Assembly: GCF_037042905.1 (NCBI RefSeq) | Contig: NC_087249.1 | Location: forward strand, 10,912,001 to 10,976,000 | Direction of reading: 5' to 3' | Length of the DNA stretch: 64,000 nt | Source: Lytechinus pictus | Taxonomy: Eukaryota | Part shown: positions 51,482-64,000 of the stretch, piece after piece | Layout: each line of letters begins with the position of its first letter | Position numbering within the stretch: position 1 is the first letter of the stretch | The notes under the pieces: model-generated | Database searches by the model: none | Seen by the model: the letters and a program-made list of their open reading frames with translations, nothing else | Told to the model about the DNA's origin: nothing | Made by a program: the position numbers and the translations under genes

Positions 51482-53680
51482 CATGCATGGGTGTCGATCA
51501 CCGGGGGGGGGGGGGATGGGGGGATATATCCCCCCTAATATTTCAAGTGGGGGGATGGCCTGTATTATCATCCCCCCAATAATTTAGGGTAGAAAAATTA
51601 AATAATGATGATCAAAAATGAAAAAGTATGATCATGATAATTATAGTGATGATTATAGTATGCCATCAATCAGTTTGTTTCCGTCGCAATGTGTGTATAT
51701 TGTTATTAAATAAGAACATTCTTTTCCAGGACTTTAAAACAGATGGGTGGAGGTTCAAGATGACAAAAATTTAAATGTTTATGTATATGATATTTTTTAA
51801 CACATGACATAAAAGGACCCCGATGAACTAAAAACAACTTTTGTTGATAGGGTGTTCTATCCCACCAGGCATTGGTGAATAAATACATTTTAATAAATCA
51901 ATTAATTCAAAAGGGTGGGAAAATAAACGGGTGGAAAAATAAACTGGAGTAAACAGGGAAAACCCCATGGACGTAAATCCCAGAGGGCCGCAATTTTGAA
52001 AAAGTACAAATAACTTTTCTCAGATTTACCCCTCCCCACATCCAAGTGCATGATGTTTGTTCCATTTAATCTACAACCCTTTTGAATATCATTTCATTTT
52101 TGAAGTTATGTAAAATAAGTAAATCGCCAGGGATCGCTGTCATAAAAAGTTATTTGCAATGAGGTCTGACATGAGGCGAAAGATTTTCGGACATTATTGA
52201 GACTACCTGAAATAGATGTTGTTCTATTTCACCTTTTTCTTATTCATTCCCAGAAAATTCAGAGAAAAAGAAAAATACCTTTGCGTTTCTATAGAGTATA
52301 GGCTTATCACTTCATTTATTTGCCTGGTTATACACACTTTACCGATGTATGTCATGGTAGTTATATATTAAGTTCGGCATTCAGTAACTTGAACAAGAAA
52401 ATATACCAAAAGCAAGATGTGCACAAAACGAAAGTCACCCCTACTTGTATATCCAAATACCTTGACTTGAACGATAACTTTTGGTCAATAATATTTTGCA
52501 GGAGAGCATCGATGTCCTCATTATCTATCTATGTGGAAATGAGGTGCCTATAGTCATGAAAGAGTGAGCCCACATCAAATGCAAAAATTTCACTTTAAAA
52601 AAAGTCATAATGGTCGTTTGGTGATCAGTAGCTCATATATGGTGCCTTTGTTGTATGCGGTTGGATGTAATTGATATTAAAACATTTTATCATGTGACCC
52701 CATCAGATACCTCTCATGAAAATATTGAGGTTCAGTGAGCTCAATATAATATGATCATATTTTTACAATTTTTATAATAAGTGAAATCAATTGATGGTTT
52801 CAGAAAGAATAATCATTCATTCTCTCTAAAGCGGATATGAGGATATGAACATCGGATGTTTTTTTCATGTTATTCTTGTTATTGTTATGGACTTGAATAA
52901 CTAAACTTGATTATTTTTTTCTTATTTTGGCAAAAAGAAATATCTTTTGAGTTTGGAAAGGGATGGCAGTTTTACATTCTATATGAGCACACTCATGCGG
53001 TACGTAAATTTCATTTTAACACATAATGTATATTAGCTGATATTACACACTGATGGTTCAAGAAAATGTTGGAGAAATATCATAACATGACAGTTGAGTT
53101 TTGATTGTTTTAATGTTTGTTTTTGTTTCATGCACTTATAAAGTATTTAAAACATGTTAAAACTAATCGTCTAAGGAATGACGGTAAGCCCGATGGCACA
53201 CGAGAAGCCACACAGTTTGTAATTTGTGCTAGTCTTATATTTTTTGTCCGAATGTGCATTTTATCATGATCATGCATTAAGAAGAAAAAAGATATTGCCA
53301 GTCGGGTTAGATTTAAGAGAGAAGTTGTATACATCATGCTCAATAAACATATCACTTTGTACATGGTCCAGACAATTTTTGTCATTTTTCTTTCGTATGG
53401 GTTTATAATAAGCTTACTTGTAACACAAATTGAATTTAAAAAAAAATTATATAAGTAAAGTACACTGCAACAATCCCCTACTTTTCCCCTACGTCCAGTG
53501 AAGAAACGCTAGTTCATGCTTTTTGCATTAAGCAATTTCCAAGAACACCATGCATATCAACCACTCTCAAATGTCCTAACTTGTAATTTTAGTGGGGGTA
53601 ATGTTGAAAGATCCCCATCCACAAGAACATTTGTGTCAATCACCCCCCCCCCCAACCAAGCATACCGATCGACACCCATG
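51482..53680. mobile_element. ~2.2 kb non-autonomous hAT-like element nested in the AcademH-like element
   Basis: TIRs catgggtgtcgatc / gatcgacacccatg with subterminal G/C runs. Near-TSD gtcaaaga (51474-51481) / gtcagaga (53681-53688). Confidence 0.7.
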
Positions 53681-56367
53681 GTCAGAGAGTATGACAAAAA
53701 GATTAGTACAGAGCTGTGAAAGGGATAAGGAAAACAGAATAAAAATCATTATTGATTTTTAAAAGTAGATTAATCTCACAAATGTGGATTTTGATGCGTG
53801 CATTAGATTTTGGAAGAAAATCTTTACGATTGTCCTTGGAACTTTTAGTTTATTTATTTACTTTACATGAACATGTAGATAATGCGTACAATTATTTTTG
53901 TTGTTCAGCTACATTATTATCTAGCTACAGGTAGCCAGGAAATGATATTGCCAATGATGTACATGAAGCCTCTTCGATAAAGACCCTGACCGGTGTAAAA
54001 ACAATCATATATTAAAATAAAGGTAATGATTCTTCCAATAGTTAAAATTATTAAATAAAAATCAAAGAAACTACTCCTCCAAAGTACGCTTCGATTGAGC
54101 ACCCCCATGTCGCCTGGAAATGATGACGTCACGTTGTGTCAGGAGGGTTGTGGTTCCATAGGTTTGTGTACAAAAGCATTGGGTATTTTCTTCCATTTCC
54201 ATGTTATGAATCCATTTTTTTTTCGTTTTCAGATGAAAATGGCACTCAAAATTATTCACTGTTCAAATTGTTGTAAACCTACAACTATTCACTACTTTTT
54301 TGTGATTTCTTTGTTTGGCTCTTATTGGGCCTAAATTGCTATGTCAGGAAAAGTTATTATACATAATCTAAATGCAGATAGAATTGAAATTTGCGCCAAG
54401 TAAGCAGGAAATAAATATGGCAAAAACTAGTTCAAAACTGTAGATTTCATAAATTCAAGCTTGTGGGTAAAAATATATGTGATATCCCTCTGTGATAGAA
54501 GTGAAGAGAATGAAATGCGTTATCTGGAAAGCAAAAAAAATCACCCAGTGTTTCTGTGTACAAACCTATGGAATCACGACGCTTCTTACACAACGTGACG
54601 TTAGGGTCTCGAGGCAAGTGAAAAGCACAATAAAGCCTATTTTCTAAGCGGGGTTCGAAGCCCGATAATTGGAATATTCTTAAGCAAAATACTCAGCTGG
54701 GAAGCGGTGAAAATTAATATAGCATACCTTGCTGTATTTAGTAGCTTATAAGCTTTCGATTGGTATATAATTTATGAATTTCATTTTCGGGTCCGGTCTG
54801 GATCTATAAATAAAGGCATCTTTTCTCATTACCTTTGAAGTACAGTATTTATGAAATATATTTTTTGCAGCCATTATGAAAGAGCATTATGTTCAGATCT
54901 ACATGTACCTTGCCAGTTAATTAAATTGCTAGTAACTATTCCATTGCAGTGTAACTTTTACATGTAGTTTGCATAGGCGGATCCAGCTTTTGGCGAAAGG
55001 GGGGGGGGGACCGCCGAGCGGCGCACATATTTTTGCACTATAAATGAAAATGAAAAGGGGAAAAGTCAAATTCAATTCAAATTCAAATTCATTTATTTCA
55101 CTTCCATCAAACAAAAACAAATTGTATACCATATATAAACATAAATATTTGTATCCGTTGCAAACAAAATTAATAATACATATGTTGTGAAAAAAAACAC
55201 TTAGACGATTTGGGCAACACATTGTAGGTTTTAAATATATATACTATTTTTCAATAGAAATTAAATTAAGATGGAAATGGAGGAACCCACTAAAAAGCAA
55301 TGCTGGTACAATGTGGGCCCCTCAAGAAATAGATAACACAACAAATAACAAAATAACAAAGTATAAATACAGATAATCAAATGAGAAAAGAATGAATAAA
55401 GGAGAGGGAAATACTCACAAAATAAATACAAAGTAATAAAAAATATACAGTTTGGTGAAGGACAAAACAACCCGTCCTAAAAATATCTACCCTTCCCACC
55501 CCCCCCCCCCCCAGAAAAAGAGAAGAAAAAAAGGGGGAGAATGCCCTGAGAAGATGGATGGGTGCTGCTGTACGTAGGAAGGCGGATAAGCGGAGAGGAG
55601 AAAGAGGAGAGGATAGACACAATAATGAGCACATCTGAGAAGGACTTGTGTCAGTTTTTTTTTTTTTTTTAAGAAACAAAGGATAATAATTATTTTATGT
55701 TTTAATTGTAGTTTAAAGTAATAATGATGACTTGACAGAAGTCTGACCCTGTCAAATGCTCTTTTCAAAATGTAGGATTTCCAGTCATGCCATTTTGCAT
55801 GACCACACGCAGATAATATTTCCGGGGGGGGGCAAATCTCGAACATATTTTTGAAAAATAAAAACGGACCGAGCTGCTCATGTGGCGATTATTATTTTTT
55901 TATAAAGTGTAATAAAAGTATTTGGTACACATCTCACATTTGCACATTTTTCATAGTTTTCATGAAATGTTAAGGGAAAAAATGTGTTTTCACAACAACT
56001 GATCGGGAATTTGCCCCCCCCCCCCTTCCCCCTTGCTGCGTACGACCATTCCCTGAAGTCCACTTAAACATATATCATTACAACATAAAATATACATGAA
56101 TTTAGACATATAATCTTTCTTAGACATATATAGAGAGAGATTGAAAAACTTATTAAAGAAAGAAACAAGCAAAAAGTAACACAAAATCTCGTGTACTAAC
56201 CCTTTTATTGCGATGAGGCCGATACTTGTGTATATTAATTGAGATGCAATTTTTTTACTATATATACACAGGGGCGTCAATCTTTTTTTCACATTGGGGG
56301 GGGGGGGGAATCATGAATCAACTTTCCAACGGCGCTCGATCACACAAAACAAACAAACTCACACACA

Positions 56368-56424
<57 letters not shown>

Positions 56425-57084
56425 CTGAAATTTTTTAGTAAACTGACCTGAAAATAGGAAAAAGGTGCCTTTTAAAGACTGTTTGTAGTAACTCATGAGG
56501 AGAATACATATCTCACTACACAGATAATGCGAGTGCCGAGGGCGAGCTGAAATTTCTTTATATTCTGACCAGAAAGCTTGATATCCTCTGCATTTTGGTA
56601 CCTATGATTAAGATGGGTATCTAAAAAAGACAAAACATGCGAGCGCAAAGCGCGAGCTTAAAATTTTGATATTTCGATCTGAAAAAAATGACAGTTTAAT
56701 GGACGTTTTTAATAAAGAACAAGATTATATCCGACAAAAGATTATTGCAAATCGAAGCGGGACTTCTTTTGAGGCTTAGAACTGAGAACGGGACATTCTA
56801 TTCACCTATTTAATGATGAAAAGTGTGGGGTTTTGCTACTGAAATGGTGCGAGCGCGAAGCGCGAGCTGAAAATTTTTGTATTCCAATCTGAAAAGCGGA
56901 CAATTTGAGCACGATTTTAAACAAAGAACGAGTTGTGTAGCTCAACATCGCTTGCTGATTTCTGTGTAACATTACTATCTTATTTTATTTTTGTACATGC
57001 GGAATTATTGGAGGAGGGGGGGGGGGCAAAACGATATGTTTGCCCCCCAATCATTTCTATTGGTGGGGCGAAGGACTATCTTGG

Positions 57085-57311
57085 CCCCCTGACGAGCTTG
57101 AAAAATAGCCTTTTTTGCCCCCTGACGAGCTTGAAGACCTTTATTGCCCCCCCCCCCTGACGAGCTTGAAGACCTTTTTTTGTTTTGCTTGTCAATTTTT
57201 TTTCCAGGTACGAAGTCCTTTATTTGTGATTGAAGACTTTTTTCTTGCTTGTCAATTTTTTTGGCGGACGGTTTTGCCCCCCCCCTGTGGAAAATTGTAG
57301 GTACGCCACTG
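57085..57311. mobile_element. Truncated copy of the 1118/16795 hAT MITE family
   Basis: cctgacgagcttgaagacc repeats and terminus ...ctgtggaaaattgtaggtacgccactg; other end missing. Confidence 0.75.
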
Positions 57312-57536
57312 TTTAAAGTGCTATACTGTACGTACAAATATGACCGACTTGTGAGTTTTGTTTTGGTCATGGTTCTTTAGGATTTTTTTTGTTCCAGAGA
57401 GAGTTTACTCAGTCCACTTCAATATATGCAAAAGGGAGACAATTACTGTATTCTTGTTCTACTGCAAATTCCAATTATTGTTTGGTCAGCCATATTATGA
57501 AAGAACAGTACATTTCAGACCAAACTTGCCAGTTAA

Positions 57537-58135
57537 AGGACAAGTCCACCCCAACAATAAGCTGACTTGAATAGATAAAGAAAAATCAAACAAACATAAC
57601 TCTGAAAATTTCATCAAAATTGGATGTAAAATAAGAAAGTTATAACAATTTCAAGTTTCGCTTAATTTTTCAAAACAGTTATATGCACATCTTAGTCAGC
57701 ATGCAAATGTGGGGACCGATGACATCATTCACTTACTATTTCTTTTGTATTTTATTTTATGAAATATGAAATATTTTGATTTTCTCGTCATTGTCTGTTA
57801 ACAAAGTTTCATTCCTCCCTGAACACATGTAATTCCATTATTCTAACATTTTGTGGTTCGAGCAAAGGGGTACTAATATTGTCGAATTCGTAAAAATTGA
57901 AATAGTGTATTATTCAAACAAAAACAAAAGAAATAGTGAGTGAGTGACATCATCGTCTCTCTCATTTGCATATCACCGAGTTGAGTATAGAACTGTTTTG
58001 TGAAAAATAAGCCAAATTTTAAAATGTCATAACTTTCTTATTTTACATCCGATTTTGATGAAATTTTCACCATTATTCATGTTTGATTTGTCTCTATTTA
58101 TTCAAATCATTTTTTTTCTGGGGTGGACTTGACCT
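57537..58135. mobile_element. Kolobok-like non-autonomous element, 599 bp
   Basis: TTAA on both sides (57533-57536, 58136-58139). Termini aggacaagtccacccc / ggggtggacttgacct, with long imperfect internal IRs. Confidence 0.8.
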
Positions 58136-58399
58136 TTAATGACTTTGCCATTATTTTCCTGCTATATATTACTGTCATGCGAACAAAAGAAGCAACTCTG
58201 TGGAACAAGTTTATGAGGAAATGTGTAAAATTGTCATTGTCATTTTACATGTGGAAATATAGAATTTCTTGCTTTTTAAGTGACTCCATTTATGAAACTT
58301 GGGGCCACGTGACTTCAATTAAACTGGCATCATGAAGAAATTACATAATTAACCCAAATCAAGGGGAGTGTCAATTTTGAAGGATATAAAGTCGCTACC

Positions 58400-58568
58400 C
58401 TCTTTCCATATATACCCAGTAGATATATTCAAGAAGACATCGTGGCCTCGGAGGAAACTTTCGAGAGCTAGCTTTGTTCTGTAGGATCTTCAAAGTCGTT
58501 GTTCCCAACTGTTTGGAAATATGCAGGATGGAATCTCTGATAGAATGACGTTAATTTCCCGTCGCCAT
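58400..58568 (-). pseudogene. RecQ-like helicase N-terminal fragment (motif 0/I), disabled
   Basis: Hand translation: MATGN*RHSIRDSILHISKQLGTTTLKILQNK / ALESFLRGHDVFLNISTGY / GK, with one stop and two frameshifts. Resembles the RecQ pattern L.G.DVF...PTG.GKS. Confidence 0.7.
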
Positions 58569-61500
58569 CACACCATATATGAAAAAAAACGAAGATAAGT
58601 GATCAAGACTTGTCTGATTTGGTAAACACGCAAGAAACTGAATTTGGAAACCGCGCGCTGTATAATTATGTATAGGCCTACACAATACAACCAGGGAGTT
58701 GGGAGTCTCCCTAATACAACAGCACGGCAGACGGTACAGTACACAAGTCTATGGCTTATGTTGTGCTGCTTTGTGCGATCCGATTGATTATGTAATCCAT
58801 ATACAATAGTCTACGCTCAAAAACCTTATTGTAGGTATCAGGGGAAACATACACGATGCGATTCATTTATGATGTTTTTGTGTGTTTAATTTGATTTCTT
58901 TTATAATTATTTACAACGAAAAGTCCTTTCTTAGGTAATTAATATTCATTTTATCGGTAGATCACACCATATTTCTCAACCCAGTAATCTTCCTTGCTGT
59001 TAACAAAGACTAACAGCTGAACGGGAGGCGTGTCCACTTTTAACGACTTTCCCTCAAAAATCTGAGGGAGTGACGTCACCGCTGAGCAACTGATCTAGAC
59101 GATATTTCCTCGGAGTACAGGTTCTCGGTTTTGCGCGCACACTCGGCTGGGCGTACGCACGGAATAGAACGTATATATCGGTGCAAATAAATTCGTTTAA
59201 TATCGTCTAGAACTAGACTAAACCGACCGATGGTGCACCCTCGGAAATATTTTAAGCAACCAATAAGTTGGTTGAAATATAGACCTATCAAACGTTGGCT
59301 TTTAACGAAATTGCATGCAAAATGAATTGGGATTTTAGTAACCAACAGTCTGGCAGTTGGCAGATTCATAGTTTTTAACAAAACTTAGGGTTAGTTAAAA
59401 AAAAACAATTAGAGGGTATAGAATTATAGTGGTAAACACGTAAAGACCTCCTTGTCCAAACTATCAAGTTTCAAAGCCGGGGACGTTTCATTATTTTTTT
59501 TCTTCAATATTTGAACAGAATGCTTGTATATACCATCACTATTCAATTGACTTTTCTAAGATTAGAGAAATTAACCATTCTGCGGAATGCGCAAAAATTG
59601 AAGATAAATGATGCTTTGAATTTTGTGCGTGATTTATCGCATCTAGGAAACAGTGTCATGAAAAGACATTTATTTTGTATGATTAAAAAATTAATTGACG
59701 TTCAAAATTCAAATTAAAGACACAAAACAAGTGGAGAAGATGGGGACGGAAAGAGGTGGAATTTTATTTTGTCAATATTCCATCTCTTTCCGTCCCCTCC
59801 TGTGTTTATAGCACCAAAGAATTGAATTTTCCTCCATTTTAATAAGAACTTGTGCTTCTTTTTTATAATCAGCACCGATTTAAAGCCTGCATCTGCTTAA
59901 ATAGGAAACTTGCTTGTCAAGAAATTGTTTTCGAGAAATGAGCGGAAAAGCGGCAGGAATAACTGACTTGCTGAATCCAGGATCGTGGTAATGTTGTTTC
60001 ATCTCAATTGATATGGGGGAAAGGTAACTTTTCGTATTCAATTATACTCTAATTACATGCCCAAATAATTATAATTCATAGCTCAAGTCAACAGCAGACC
60101 GAGAAAAAAACGGGTTCGAAAAGGTGCGGGATGTTATTGTTAATTCCCGCGCGTAGCGGAGAAGCAAAAATTATAGCAATAATATTCGATGAAGTATACA
60201 TTTTATTTTTTTACTTGAAGGGGGGGGGCAACAAAGCTTCTCACCTTTTCCATTCTCCTCTTTACCCTCCTTTTTGTGAGGGGAGGTACGATCACCCCAT
60301 CACCGTCTGGCTATCCGGTTGTATTCTTCTTCTTCGTCTTCTTCTTCCTATTCCTTTTCCTCTTCCTCTTCTTCTCCCTCCTTCGCCTCAACTCTTCTTC
60401 TTCTGCTTAAATTACTAGCTCACTAAAAAGGAATTTAAAAAATGTACCAGGTCGATTGCCAATTTTATCGACAGATGGCGCTTGTTCAATTTGCGAATAA
60501 GTCAGAATGACCGCCGAGATTGTTTTTTTTTATTTAAAAAAACTCAGTGACAGGAGGGGCTTGTCACTAGGGGCGGACATGATATTTTCATATGGGCGGG
60601 GGGGGGCTGGCGACCCCAGGGGCTTGTCTTTTCTTCCTCTTTTCATCTTTTAAAAATCTCCCTTTTCCCTACCTGCTTGTCACATAACAGCTGTTCGATC
60701 TGTCGACAGAACGTATTTGACCATGGATTCACAAAAGAACTCCCTTCCCGGCAGTGTGAACATTGCATTTCATATATCATAAATCATTTTATGTATTATA
60801 AAGCTACGCACCACCTACTAAAATTGTCACTGATGGAACAGTTAAAATGTTAAAATGAAATCATTACAAAAACAAATTAAGATATATTAAGGCAATATAA
60901 CGAATTCAACTTCATTAGTCGATCAGTAGGCCAATAGTTCACTTCATACTATTTGGTAGTGCGGCAGCTACTATGTAATGAGCAGGCTGTCATGATCTTA
61001 TACAAATATTGGAAAGAATCCAATGGAGAGTTGATTGGATAAAATCCAAAAAAAGTATACAGAATTACAGATGCAGGACAACCAATAAAATAGTTATAAA
61101 TTTATGGAAGTTATGGAAGTAGCCCTCCCTCATGGCTGCTATTGTTTCAAGCAGTTACCTGCTTATTATAGTTGGCCCCTGCATTTTTACCCACTTTACT
61201 ATTTTACATGCTTCATTTATGTAGTTTTCAGTCTTATACATTATTTATGTTGTCGATTGTCACACAAAAATGTACTCATTTATGTCATTGTGATTGTATC
61301 AAGTTTTTTTTATTATTTGTTATTGATTTATGAATAAAATGCAGAAACTCCTGCAAAAAAAATATGTTCATCTTCATCATCATGTTGTTTTTGTCTCCCC
61401 CTCTTTCTTTCTTTCTTTTACTCTTTAATTATATCAGCTTTTCATTTTATTGTCCACTGTGTAATTGTTGAATTTATGTAGTTACTCCAAACAGTGTTGA

Positions 61501-61661
61501 GCTAATTCTGTGTTTTACCTATAATATGAAAAACATTGCAATCATCATTAAACTGTTCGTATTTTTAGGGACCTAAGAAATACAAGCATGCCTTTTTATT
61601 TTGGTTCCACCACTTCTGTGTTTTTTTTCGTAGAAAACTTTTCAAACTTATTGTACTTATT

Positions 61662-62467
61662 CAGTGCGTCCCACAAAAAACGAAACCGAGATTTATCGAT
61701 GATTTGTCAAAACTTTATCACAAATACAATAGACAAATGACCTACCATTGTAAAGCTTAGAATCTCCTCTTTCATCTGAAATTACTTACAATATTCATTC
61801 AGGCATGAGTTAGCAAAAACAATTCGAAGAAGGATACCAAAAGTCACTTGGCGGGTTGTATCCGGGTTTTAAAAAGGAAACCACATTTTTAATAAATTCA
61901 ATATCTGCTCTTTAATTTGATACCTCAATTACAGAAAATGGTCAAGAAATAACAAAGTTCTGCATGGTTATTTGAAATAAGGCTTGAATTTCAATAATTT
62001 TATAAAATGAAGAGGTTTTACAGGCTAGCGTTCAGACTCACTCGACACTCTGTTTTGTTGACGATCAGCCATGCATTCAGTCTTTTGTTAACCATGCGAT
62101 AGCTTCTGTGGGAAACGTTTATTTAATGAAATTATGGAAATACAAGCATTGTTTCGAGGGAACAGAACTGTTTTACTTCTTGACCATTTTCTGTGATTAG
62201 GTATCAAATAAAAGAGTAGATATTGAACTTTTTAGGCATGTGATTTTCTGTTTGAAATTCCGATACCCCCCGCCAAATGAGTTTTTGGTATCCTTTCTTC
62301 AAATTGTTTTTGCTCACTCGTGCGTGAATGAGGAATAATCTAAGTAATTGTAGATGAAAGAGGAAATTCTAAGCTTTACATTGGTAGGTCATTTGTCTAT
62401 TGTTTTTATGATTAAGTTATGATAAATCATCGCTAAATCTCGGTTTCGTTTTTTGTGGGACGCACTG
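61662..62467. mobile_element. Tc1/mariner-type MITE, 806 bp, with long inverted arms
   Basis: cagtgcgtcccacaaaaaacgaaaccgagattta / taaatctcggtttcgttttttgtgggacgcactg. TA on the right, TT on the left. Arms pair imperfectly over ~300 bp. Confidence 0.85.
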
Positions 62468-63697
62468 TATAGTTGAAGACTTTGTTGATTTTCTATACAC
62501 CATGTTCACCTTTTCAAATTTATATTTTAATCCAATTATTCTATGTTTTTCATGTATGTTTGTATTATTATGAATTATAACTATAATCATTCTTCGTCTA
62601 TCATGCATATATTATTATGAATTGTAAATGAAAACAAGAGTGGAAAAAAATAAATTCAGATCAAATAAAATCATCATTGTTAACAATTGTAGACTAAATA
62701 GGCTAAACCGTGTTTGACAAAGTGGGTTATGGATGAAATAAATTGTTAAAGCCTAAATATGATCTTGAGATGAAATCATGAATAGACCAAATAAAAGGGC
62801 CATTATAAAAATTAGTCGTAGACAAAATATTAGACCAAACGAGTCGTTATACCTAAAGGGGCAAATTCTTGGTTGCAGAACTGATCATTAATAATCAAAG
62901 GATGACAACCTTAAACAGTTAAAGAGGCAATATAAAATAAGAGTGAAAGAAGGAAAAGAAGCAAAAAGGAAAGAAAACATGAATAAACATAAGAGAAAAG
63001 GGGGTGAATACGACTAGACGAGTGAATATTCCGATATGGTTTTTTTTATGCTTTTTAGCCTTTATTCAGATAATATCACATTTTCATACATACATAACAA
63101 GGGTAATAAATAAAAATATACACAATAAAATGAAGTACATGTATACAGCAATATAACAAATAAAGTATTATACATTGTGATGTACAATTTTTGAACAAAG
63201 ATTAGCATAACCCATAATACAAATAAACAAACAGTTGATTTTACTTGTATATACTGTATAATAATATTGTATTGTATGATGAAAAAATCCAAACATAAAG
63301 ACTTTTAAAGTTCTGAGCAGATAGTAAATAATTTGTTTGTATGCCTAATATTGAAACTCCAATTACCCCCTCATTGAGCTAAAAGAAGTTTGCGCGACAG
63401 GTGGAAGAAAATTGGTCCAATCAAATTCGAGCTTATCATTCTCTTTATTCATATATGCATGGTCGATTACGTTACCAAACTAGCTCACTGCTGGTATAGG
63501 GGTACGGACAACGTGTGCAAGTTACCTGCGTTAGAGTCAGTTTAGTCAATTCGTCAAGTGAAAGTCGGAACGAGACCACTGCTGCATCGTTATGTTTTTA
63601 AATTGACTTATTCACTCTTTATTTTCTTCATTGAGACTTACCAAGTGTGATAAATTGCAACGACAAGGAAGAGTTATCGCTGAGAAACCTAATCGCC

Positions 63698-63810
63698 ATG
63701 GCGCGATTCTGGGGAATGTGCTTGTTGATGCTGCTTCCAGCGTTTCTCCTCTTGGAGTCCCAAGCCGCCAGCATCCCGGTAGAGGATGAGTCATCCTCGT
63801 CGGCTATCGA
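63698..63810 (+). CDS. First coding exon of a secreted or membrane protein (gene continues beyond the window)
   Basis: gccATGG context. Encodes MARFWGMCLLMLLPAFLLLESQA-ASIPVEDESSSSAI, a clear signal peptide, followed by a phase-2 donor gtaagt. Confidence 0.78.
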
Positions 63811-64000
63811 GTAAGTTTTGTAACCTTCGGCCTGTCTGGGTTTTGTTTTTGGTTTGTGGAAGATCGGTCGGCACGCTCATTTTTTAGTGCTCTTGATTTA
63901 CTGAAAAAAAAGAGTTTTAATCTGTTTTTGCTGAATTCTCTGAGAGTGTTTTTTGTATTTTTGTTTGTTTAACTAGTTTATATTTCTTTTCACATACTTA

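Larger units (their letters stand above)
50673..59220. mobile_element. 8548 bp AcademH-like DNA transposon, non-autonomous or decayed
   Basis: Perfect 150 bp TIRs (50673-50822 / 59071-59220) with TAG...CTA termini. 9 bp TSD aaccgaccg at 50664-50672 and 59221-59229. RecQ helicase relic inside. Confidence 0.85.

Overview
AT-rich, repeat-dense animal DNA with spliceosomal introns. The repeat families and gene content suggest an echinoderm, probably a sea urchin (inference). The main feature is a compact cluster of eight small two-exon genes (G1-G8, about 5.0-45.8 kb) that the ORF track shows only as their second exons. Each has a TATA box, a 37-46 nt first coding exon, and a phase-1 GT-AG intron splitting a signal peptide. 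Exon 2 encodes a low-complexity ectodomain with an acidic SSE(E) serine cluster, one transmembrane helix and a short basic tail. This architecture matches the sea-urchin biomineralization protein P16/UTMP16; orthology was not tested. G2-G4 come from a recent, mosaic ~8.3 kb triplication that also copied a dead IS630-Tc1-type transposase. Other elements: a 1.6 kb hAT-type insertion splitting the G1 5' UTR; a Penelope-like hairpin insertion with minimal hammerhead-ribozyme motifs; an 8.5 kb element with perfect 150 bp TIRs, a 9 bp TSD and a RecQ-helicase relic (AcademH-like); a pearl/HINE-like element with a ~155 bp tandem array; many MITEs, SINE heads and microsatellites; a 320 N gap; and the first exon of another secreted protein at the right edge.
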